Below are positions 56,978-64,000 of a stretch of 64,000 bases of DNA, one piece after another; the first letter of the stretch is position 1, and every line of letters begins with the position of its first letter. Source of the stretch: Spirochaetota bacterium. Its GTDB lineage: Bacteria; Spirochaetota; UBA4802; UBA5550. Below the pieces are notes generated by a model. It saw nothing but the letters and a program-made list of their open reading frames with translations. It made no database searches and was not told the DNA's origin. Made by a program: the position numbers and the translations under genes. Location of the stretch: contig OY760686.1 of assembly GCA_963663865.1 (NCBI GenBank), positions 384,001 through 448,000 of the forward strand, given 5' to 3'.

Positions 56978-56995
56978 CAGAGATGGCGCTGTATG

Positions 56996-57823
56996 CTATG
57001 TTTCCTTTCGCGCTCTGTAAAGGCAGTCTATTGCCGTCTCTGTCTCACCCTTGAAGAGGTGACACAGACTAAGGGAGATGAGGTTGCTTCCGGTCGATTC
57101 CCTGTTCTGCAGTGTGCTTATCTTTTCATCAATTGTCCCGTACTTGTCCGTGAGAATATCAACGGGAACTGATTTAATGAATTCATTATAGTAGAGGTAG
57201 CCTTCGGTTTTTTTCGAAAGGCTCTTTATCTCGTCAGCTGAGGCCGTGAACCTTCCGCTTTTAATCAACGCGGCCGAACGAATCTCTTTGATGTGGCTGT
57301 TCACAGTGTGCGCTTTGATAAGCCTGTTGAGCAGAGACAGGGCCTCTGCGTACTGCTGCCTGTTGTAGTATATAATTGAGAGTGCAGTGAGCGCGGCTCT
57401 GTTGTCGGGCTGAACTTCGAGGACTTCCCTGAAGTTCTTTTCTGCCGCTTTTATGTTGTTCATTCTGCTGTAACAGAGGCCAATAACCAGGGGCGCCATC
57501 CCTGAAGACCTGTCGACCAATCTTGCCCTTTCAAAGCTAATGACTGCTTTTTTGTAGCTGCCGGCTCGGTAGTGGGCCGTCCCGAGGTTGAAAAATGATA
57601 CATAGTCCCGCTGTATCTTGACAGCTTTTTCGAAGCACAGAGCTGCCCTGTCGTGTATGTTTGTTCTGGAGTAAATTGAACCCAGCCTGAAAAGAGCTTC
57701 ACGGCATGAAGGATCGTTTTTGAGGATGGTTATGCAGGTCTCTGCAGCGCCCGTAAGGTCTCCGTTTGCCTCAAGCTTCTTAACTGTTGAGAACATATCC
57801 ATTTTGTGAGATTTATCTTTCAT
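56996..57823 (-). CDS. TPR protein
   Basis: ALFRLGSIY, FFNLGTAHY and LVIGLCYSRM repeats. Abuts the GGDEF gene. Confidence 0.85.
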   Translation of the reverse strand: MKDKSHKMDMFSTVKKLEANGDLTGAAETCITILKNDPSCREALFRLGSIYSRTNIHDRAALCFEKAVKIQRDYVSFFNLGTAHYRAGSYKKAVISFERARLVDRSSGMAPLVIGLCYSRMNNIKAAEKNFREVLEVQPDNRAALTALSIIYYNRQQYAEALSLLNRLIKAHTVNSHIKEIRSAALIKSGRFTASADEIKSLSKKTEGYLYYNEFIKSVPVDILTDKYGTIDEKISTLQNRESTGSNLISLSLCHLFKGETETAIDCLYRARKET

Positions 57824-58909
57824 TTATGCCTGTATTTTCGGGGAATGTGCCACAACCCGGTTTTTGCCGGTTCTCTTAGCCTTGTAAAGAGCTGTATCTG
57901 CTCTTTCAATGAAGGATGTCTTGTTTCTGTCAACTGACGGCAAAAATTCAGCAACACCAACGCTTATTGTAACGTGAAGCGGTTTCGGCTGTCCCTCAAA
58001 TTCGCACATCTCGATTGTTCGTCTGATTCGCGTAGCGATCTCGACAGCGGCGGAGAGGGGGGCGGAAGGTAGTATAACCGCAAACTCTTCGCCGCCATAG
58101 CGGGCTGCTATGTCTTCGTTCCGCACAAGTTTTTTTATGATTTTAGCGCTTTCCTTAAGTATGATATCTCCCTGCTGGTGGCCGTAGGTATCGTTTACGG
58201 ATTTAAAGTTATCAATATCGCAAATAATCATGCTTAGCGGCGTGCGGGTTCTCTCGGCCCTTTTTATCTCTTCTTCAATTCTGTCCTGGAAGTAGTGGTG
58301 GATGTAAAGCCGGGTCATTCTGTCGAGCGTTGCCATTCTGTACAGCCTTGAGTTCTCAACAGCAATTGCGGCGAATTTGGACAGATCGGAAAGGAACTCC
58401 TTTTCCCTGTCACAGCAGGGCTCTCCTGTCATCTTGCGCCCGAGAAGAATAATTCCATTCAGGGTATTCTTCGATTTCAGAGGAACAATTGTTTCAGGGT
58501 CAAGGGATGATAACTTCATCAAGTCATCTTCGAGTCCCTTAATCTGTCTCAGCTCTTCGAGAGTAACCGGGGACGGATGGCTGTTGATGTGTTTTATAAG
58601 AGCTGAATCCTCACCTAAAAAAATGTCTGCGCTTGAATAGGATTCGTCATAGCCCTTTGTCATGTGAATATACATATCGTTTTCATCAATGTCGGTCTGC
58701 AGAAGGATGGCTACCCTGTCGACAAACATCTGCCCGATACAGCTGTATAGTATCGACTCGACAAGGCTTTCAAAGTCAAGCTTGGAAGAAAGGCTTATCC
58801 CGAGGGAAATCAGGTTTTTCAGGTCGTAGATGCGCCGCTCCTGGTCCTGAATCTTGATTTCGTACATCCGAAGGCCTTCAGGCAGCTGTTCAAACTCACA
58901 CTTTTCCAA
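57824..58909 (-). CDS. GAF-GGDEF diguanylate cyclase
   Basis: GAF (IVPLKSK..LNGIILLG..AAIAVENSRLY), DRMTRL, I-site RNED and GGEEF. Confidence 0.95.
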   Translation of the reverse strand: MEKCEFEQLPEGLRMYEIKIQDQERRIYDLKNLISLGISLSSKLDFESLVESILYSCIGQMFVDRVAILLQTDIDENDMYIHMTKGYDESYSSADIFLGEDSALIKHINSHPSPVTLEELRQIKGLEDDLMKLSSLDPETIVPLKSKNTLNGIILLGRKMTGEPCCDREKEFLSDLSKFAAIAVENSRLYRMATLDRMTRLYIHHYFQDRIEEEIKRAERTRTPLSMIICDIDNFKSVNDTYGHQQGDIILKESAKIIKKLVRNEDIAARYGGEEFAVILPSAPLSAAVEIATRIRRTIEMCEFEGQPKPLHVTISVGVAEFLPSVDRNKTSFIERADTALYKAKRTGKNRVVAHSPKIQA

Positions 58910-58944
58910 AGCTACACCCCGTCACGCTGAATAGTCTACAGTCA

Positions 58945-58972
58945 ATTATCGGACATAAAAGCCATTGTGCAA
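58945..58972 (-). promoter_or_regulatory. Putative sigma70 promoter of the GAF-GGDEF/TPR operon
   Basis: Minus strand TTGCAC (58972-58967), N16, GATAAT (58950-58945). Confidence 0.4.
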
Positions 58973-59234
58973 AGAAAAAAGTCGATGTACTCCAATTGTG
59001 CGTCACACCGTGCGTGTCTATAGAGCTGATCCGTTGCGTTCGAGCTTTTATAATTTGTAATACAATTGAGCGGGAAGGTCAAGTTAAATAAATTTCTTAT
59101 GTGTCAAGCAGGAATATATTCCAAAAGTAAAAATATCTTTACAAGAGAGATTCAGAAAGTAAAAATTGGCGAAGCAAGTTTTTAGGATACAAAAATACAA
59201 AACAAAACAATAAACATTTAGAGGGGTTAATCTG

Positions 59235-61943
59235 ATGATTAAACGGGTTTATGTTTTTGGAGGCGGAAAATCGGAAGGTAGGGCTGATATGCGGAACCTG
59301 TTGGGAGGTAAAGGAGCCAATCTGGCCGAGATGTCAAATCTCGGAATTCCTGTTCCTGCCGGGTTCACAATTACGACCGAAGTCTGCACAGAGTATTATC
59401 AAAACAACAAACAATTTCCTAATGAACTTGAAGCAGAGGTGATGGAGGCGTTAAAATCGGTTGAGAAGGTGATGGGAGCCGACTTTAACAATCCGTCTAA
59501 TCCACTTCTGGTGTCAGTCAGGTCGGGGGCCAGGGTCTCAATGCCCGGAATGATGGACACCGTTCTCAACCTCGGGCTTAACGATGAAACCGTAAAAGGG
59601 ATTATCGCCAAGTCCGGGAATGAAAGATTCGGCTGGGATTCTTACAGGCGTTTCATTCAGATGTATGGCGATGTCGTTATGGATATGAAGCCGGAAAACA
59701 AGAACGACATCGATCCCTTCGAAGAGATTATCGAGGAACTTAAAAAGAAGCGGGGTATTGTTTCCGATCTGGAAATGTCAGTGGATGACCTTAAATCGCT
59801 TGTTTTGAAGTTCAAAGAGGTGATCAAAAAGAAGAAGGGGGTGGAGTTCCCGTCGGATCCAATTGAGCAGCTCTGGGGTGCGATAGGGGCTGTTTTTGCA
59901 TCCTGGCAGAACGAAAGAGCGATTCTGTACAGGAAGATGCACGGTTATGATGATGATTGGGGAACGGCAGTAAACGTTCAGGCCATGGTATTTGGAAACA
60001 TGGGAGACGATTGTGCCACCGGGGTTGCATTTACCAGAAACCCGTCCACCGGCGAGAAGAAATTCTACGGAGAATTCCTTGTCAATGCCCAGGGTGAAGA
60101 CGTTGTTGCTGGAACAAGAACTCCGAACCAGGTAACCATCGAAGGGTCGAAAAGGTGGGCGGCCGAGGCAGGGCTGTCAGAGGATGAGAGGAAGAAAACG
60201 CCATCTCTTGAAGAGCTTATCCCTGAAGCGTATAAAGATCTGGTTTCAGTCTACGAAAAGCTGGAAAGCCACTACAGGGACATGCAGGACATCGAATTTA
60301 CCATTCAAAACAGGAAGCTGTGGATGCTTCAGACCCGTAACGGCAAAAGGACAGCGCTTGCGGCCATGAACATAGCGGTTGATATGGTGAATGAAGGACT
60401 TATCGACAAGAAAACCGCTGTTACCAGGGTTGAGCCGGCATCTCTCGATCAGCTTCTTCATCCGACATTTGATCCTTCAGCATCCAAAAATGTTATCGCA
60501 AAAGGGCTTGCCGCTTCGCCGGGTGCAGCCTGCGGCCGGGCTGTCTTCCATGCAGATGACGCTGATGAGTGGAACAGGCGGGGAGAGAAGGTCATCCTGG
60601 TGAGGATTGAAACATCGCCTGAAGACCTCAAGGGAATGTCAGCTGCTCAGGGAATTCTTACCCAGCGGGGCGGACAAACTTCGCATGCCGCTGTTGTCGC
60701 AAGAGGCATGGGGAAATGCTGCGTTTCCGGATGCGGCGCTCTTGAGATCAGCTACGCCGCAAAGACCATGAAGGCGGGAGGCGTCGTAGTTAAAGAGGGA
60801 GACTACATCTCTCTCGACGGTTCAACTGGTCAGGTAATGCTCGGTGAGGTTCCTACAGTGGAAGCCATACTGACTGGCAATTTTGAACTGCTCATGAAGT
60901 GGGCCGACGAGTTTAGAAGGCTTAAGATTAGAACAAATGCCGATACTCCTCATGACGCTGAGCTGGCGAGAACCTTTGGAGCTGAGGGAATTGGGCTCTG
61001 CCGCACTGAGCATATGTTCTTTGAAGGCGACAGAATTAAGGCCGTAAGAGAGATGATTCTCTCCAATACCCTTGAAGGCCGCAAAAAGGCCCTTGCAAAA
61101 CTTCTTCCAATGCAGCGTGGAGATTTCTACGGAATGCTGAAGGCGATGCAGGGTATGGGTGTTACGATCAGGCTTCTTGATCCTCCTCTGCACGAGTTTG
61201 TACCTCATGAAGAGGACCAGCAGAAAGAGATGGCTAAGGAAATGGGGCTCTCTGTCGAAGAGGTTAAGGCCAAGGTCAACTCGCTTCACGAGTTCAATCC
61301 CATGCTTGGACACAGGGGATGCCGACTCGGGGTAACATATCCCGAGATTACCGAGATGCAGGCGAGAGCCATCTTCGAAGCGGCGTGCCAGCTTAAAAGC
61401 GAGGGAGTTGATGTTAAGCCCGAGGTTATGGTTCCGCTTGTAGGGACAGTCAAAGAGTTTGTGCTACAGAAGTCGGTGATTGTCAACACGGCCGAAACAG
61501 TTATGCAGGAGAAAGGGGTGAATGTATCGTATCTTGTCGGTACGATGATTGAGATTCCGAGGGCGGCTCTTATCGCGGATAAAATAGCAGAACATGCGGA
61601 GTTTTTCTCTTTCGGAACAAATGACCTGACCCAGATGACTTTCGGCTATAGCCGCGACGATTCCGGATCATTTTTGCCTGAATATGTTGACAAAAAAATA
61701 CTGTCATCTGATCCTTTCTGCGAGCTTGACCGGGAAGGTGTGGGACAGCTTGTTAAATTTGCAGTTGAAAGGGGCCGCATTGCCAGGCCGAGTCTCAAAC
61801 TCGGGATTTGCGGAGAGCATGGCGGAGACCCGAAGTCAATAGAGTTCTGTCACATGACGGGGCTTGACTATGTGAGCTGCTCACCCTTCAGGGTGCCGGT
61901 TGCCCGTCTCGCGGCGGCGCAGGCGGCTATTCAGAATGGATGA
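59235..61943 (+). CDS. ppdK: Pyruvate, phosphate dikinase
   Basis: [36 protein letters not shown] (phospho-His), GLCRTEHMF and FSFGTNDL. Confidence 0.99.
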   Translation: MIKRVYVFGGGKSEGRADMRNLLGGKGANLAEMSNLGIPVPAGFTITTEVCTEYYQNNKQFPNELEAEVMEALKSVEKVMGADFNNPSNPLLVSVRSGARVSMPGMMDTVLNLGLNDETVKGIIAKSGNERFGWDSYRRFIQMYGDVVMDMKPENKNDIDPFEEIIEELKKKRGIVSDLEMSVDDLKSLVLKFKEVIKKKKGVEFPSDPIEQLWGAIGAVFASWQNERAILYRKMHGYDDDWGTAVNVQAMVFGNMGDDCATGVAFTRNPSTGEKKFYGEFLVNAQGEDVVAGTRTPNQVTIEGSKRWAAEAGLSEDERKKTPSLEELIPEAYKDLVSVYEKLESHYRDMQDIEFTIQNRKLWMLQTRNGKRTALAAMNIAVDMVNEGLIDKKTAVTRVEPASLDQLLHPTFDPSASKNVIAKGLAASPGAACGRAVFHADDADEWNRRGEKVILVRIETSPEDLKGMSAAQGILTQRGGQTSHAAVVARGMGKCCVSGCGALEISYAAKTMKAGGVVVKEGDYISLDGSTGQVMLGEVPTVEAILTGNFELLMKWADEFRRLKIRTNADTPHDAELARTFGAEGIGLCRTEHMFFEGDRIKAVREMILSNTLEGRKKALAKLLPMQRGDFYGMLKAMQGMGVTIRLLDPPLHEFVPHEEDQQKEMAKEMGLSVEEVKAKVNSLHEFNPMLGHRGCRLGVTYPEITEMQARAIFEAACQLKSEGVDVKPEVMVPLVGTVKEFVLQKSVIVNTAETVMQEKGVNVSYLVGTMIEIPRAALIADKIAEHAEFFSFGTNDLTQMTFGYSRDDSGSFLPEYVDKKILSSDPFCELDREGVGQLVKFAVERGRIARPSLKLGICGEHGGDPKSIEFCHMTGLDYVSCSPFRVPVARLAAAQAAIQNG

Positions 61944-62110
61944 GGACGTAGAAATCTTCTGCTCAGGTTGCCGCGGGGAAGAGTTTCCGGGGCGGCTTCT
62001 TCAGAAGGGTAGTATTGTTTGATGTGTTTCAAAGATCTCTGAATTAATTTGCACGGGCCGTGGCGCTTGCCGGGGCCCGTATCCTGAAAACTGATTTGCT
62101 GAATTTTTGT

Positions 62111-62153
62111 AAGCCGGCCCTGTCCGGGTCGGATATGGCCGGCTTGCTTTTTT
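62111..62153 (+). terminator. Intrinsic terminator after ppdK
   Basis: AAGCCGGCC-c-TGTCCG-ggt-CGGATA-t-GGCCGGCTT followed by gcTTTTTT. Confidence 0.75.
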
Positions 62154-62177
62154 ATTACCAGAGAGTTGGGGAGTATA

Positions 62178-62909
62178 ATGAAAAAAATAATTACGTCAGC
62201 CGCCATTTTTGCGGCAATAACGGTCCCTCTTTACGCTTCATACGAGGATGCCCTGAGGCTTTTTCAGCAGGGAAAATATTCAGAATCGGTGAAAATGATC
62301 GCCGACGAGCTTGAAGTCGGCCGCGATTTTGAGCCCGGTTCGCCCAACTACAGCCTCAGGTATCTGGCGGCGCATAACCACTGGAAACTTGGAACCGCAA
62401 AATCTCCGGCAGCCCATTTCAAAAGGTGTATGGAAATAAAAAAAGATGAAGTCGAACCCTACATAGATCTTTCTCTGTATTATATTGATATCAAAAAGTA
62501 TAATGATGCCGAATCTACGGCTCGAAAAGGCCTTGAAATAGAGGAGTCAGCCATGTTATATTATGCACTGGGCAAGGCGGCTCTTCAAAACAGGAATTAC
62601 TGGAGAGCAAAGGAGTATTTCGAGAAGGCCAATTCTTTAGACAATGAAATATTTATATCTTACAATGGTCTGGGGATGGCGCTGATGAACCTTGGCCGCT
62701 ATCCTGAGGCCAACGTGGCATTCAGCGTTGCTTCCGCGCTTAATCCGGAAAGTGCAGAATTATTAAACAACCTTGCTTTGAGCTGTGAGCAGATGAAGAA
62801 GTACGGTGATGCGTTAAAGTATTTGCAGAAGGCTGCCGGGAAAAATCCTGAAAACAGGGTAATTGCCGAGAACCTGGAACGGGCTGGAAAGCAGCTGGAA
62901 AAGAAGTGA
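62178..62909 (+). CDS. Exported TPR protein
   Basis: Signal peptide MKKIITSAAIFAAITVPLYA and TPRs. ATG 62178 (ORF track 62166). Confidence 0.85.
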   Translation: MKKIITSAAIFAAITVPLYASYEDALRLFQQGKYSESVKMIADELEVGRDFEPGSPNYSLRYLAAHNHWKLGTAKSPAAHFKRCMEIKKDEVEPYIDLSLYYIDIKKYNDAESTARKGLEIEESAMLYYALGKAALQNRNYWRAKEYFEKANSLDNEIFISYNGLGMALMNLGRYPEANVAFSVASALNPESAELLNNLALSCEQMKKYGDALKYLQKAAGKNPENRVIAENLERAGKQLEKK

Positions 62910-62940
62910 GTCCGGACGTAAAACTGTGAAGAAAACAATC

Positions 62941-62965
62941 ACCCCTGTGAAAAACAGGGGTTTTA
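62941..62965 (+). terminator. Intrinsic terminator
   Basis: ACCCCTGT-gaaaa-ACAGGGGT followed by TTTAT. Confidence 0.7.
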
Positions 62966-63001
62966 TATTAAAACAATATCATAAGCAATTAAGAGGTGTT
63001 T

Positions 63002-64000
63002 ATGCCAGTTTCGGAATACATCACAGAAGCGGTTAAAAAATCATCCTGGATAAGAAAGATGTTCGAAGAAGGAACTCGCCTGAAGGCAATTCATGGAGAG
63101 GACAATGTTTTTGACTTCAGCATTGGTAATCCGGATGCTGATCCTCCAGAAGATTTTTTCAGAGAGTTTGAAAGCGCGTCGCGTTCAAGAGAAAAGGGTG
63201 TTCACGGCTACATGCCCAATGCAGGTTTCAACGAGGTGAGGTCGCAGATTGCTTCAATGGTAACCCGTGATCACGGGATAGACATTGCCTCAGATTCCAT
63301 CATCATGACCTGCGGCGCTGCAGGGGGGCTGAATGTTCTTTTCAAGACTATACTAAATCCGGGAGATGAAATAATCGTTCCGGCTCCTTACTTTGTTGAG
63401 TACGGTTTTTACACGGCCAATCACGGAGGGGTCCTGAAGCCGGTAAAAACTGATCCGGATTTCAGCCTGAATGTTGGAAATATTATCAACGCTGTTACGG
63501 ATAAAACCGCGGCGGTTCTTATAAACTCTCCCAACAACCCTACAGGAAGAATCTATTCAGAAGAGGCTGTAACCGAACTCTCCTCAGCTCTGAGAGCAAA
63601 AAGCGCGGGCAAGAGGAGCATATATCTTATATCAGATGAGCCGTATCGTGACATAGTATTTACCGACACGAAGGTTCCGAGTATTCTTAAACATTACGAG
63701 CATTCAATAGTCGCGACATCCTATTCTAAGACATTGTCTCTTCCAGGGGAGAGAATAGGCTATCTTGCGGTGAATCCCGCCTGCGATGACTTTAGCAGGC
63801 TAATGTCCGGGCTTGTTTTTTCAAACCGCATTCTTGGATTTGTAAACGCTCCGGCCCTCATGCAGCGTATCGTGGGCAAGCTGTCAAGCGCGAGGGTCGA
63901 TATCAACCTTTACAGAAAAAGACGCGATATGCTTGTAGACGTTCTTAAAAGGGCGGGATACAGCTTTCCTGATCCTGAGGGAGCTTTTTATATATTCTGC
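63002..64000 (+). CDS. PLP-dependent class I/II (aspartate-type) aminotransferase, partial
   Basis: Not in the ORF track. Manual translation MPVSEYITEAVKKSSWIRKMFEEG..DFSIGNP..INSPNNPTG..SDEPY..SYSKTLSLPGERIG. Runs off the window end. Confidence 0.95.
   Translation, partial: MPVSEYITEAVKKSSWIRKMFEEGTRLKAIHGEDNVFDFSIGNPDADPPEDFFREFESASRSREKGVHGYMPNAGFNEVRSQIASMVTRDHGIDIASDSIIMTCGAAGGLNVLFKTILNPGDEIIVPAPYFVEYGFYTANHGGVLKPVKTDPDFSLNVGNIINAVTDKTAAVLINSPNNPTGRIYSEEAVTELSSALRAKSAGKRSIYLISDEPYRDIVFTDTKVPSILKHYEHSIVATSYSKTLSLPGERIGYLAVNPACDDFSRLMSGLVFSNRILGFVNAPALMQRIVGKLSSARVDINLYRKRRDMLVDVLKRAGYSFPDPEGAFYIFC

Noticed and set aside
58990-59070. Imperfect rod-like pairing upstream of ppdK (6S/SRP-like?)
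   Set aside because: It is too short for 6S, has no SRP GGAA-loop motif, and the pairing is weak.
59187-59217. (CAAAA)-like short repeats before ppdK
   Set aside because: Imperfect A-rich leader typical of highly translated genes, not an array.
1-64000. The many short ORF-track entries overlapping larger genes (e.g. 34830-35354, 37858-38346, 60822-61313, 33184-33579)
   Set aside because: They are antisense or off-frame shadows of well-supported genes, with no motifs or RBS.
1-64000. CRISPR arrays, tRNA/rRNA, IS elements, prophage, recoded stop codons
   Set aside because: I saw no regularly spaced repeats, cloverleaf motifs, transposase/integrase ORFs or in-frame readthrough patterns. A by-eye scan could miss short or degenerate cases.

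Overview
This is a gene-dense 64 kb chromosomal window from a bacterium that is most likely a free-living spirochaete related to Leptospira. That assignment is an inference from a LipL46-like lipoprotein, a class II LysRS, several stand-alone STAS proteins and many TPR proteins. It holds about 60 CDS. These include the end of a glycosyltransferase cluster, a Spy/CpxP-ECF-anti-sigma module, housekeeping genes (lysS, yebC, ruvC, def, gpmA, nhaA, surE, pabB/pabC, ppdK, an aminotransferase), a STAS-STAS-kinase partner-switch operon, c-di-GMP genes (PilZ, two intact GGDEF, one internally deleted GGDEF) and two lipoprotein GH3 glycosidases. I saw no tRNA, rRNA, CRISPR array, integrase or transposase. 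Best leads: (1) an AT-rich module of a GH3 lipoprotein, an orphan solute-binding lipoprotein and a two-TM AraC regulator with a duplicated periplasmic domain, a possible kinase-free trans-membrane sugar-sensing system; (2) a 1048-aa HEAT-repeat protein ending in a catalytically degenerate class III cyclase fold; (3) a membrane + degenerate spermidine-synthase + TPR fusion; (4) an identical 10-mer at identical spacing above two signalling-operon promoters; (5) a promoter-structure-U8 leader or sRNA candidate; (6) a CcmE homologue lacking its heme ligand. All family calls come from motif recognition by eye, not from database searches.
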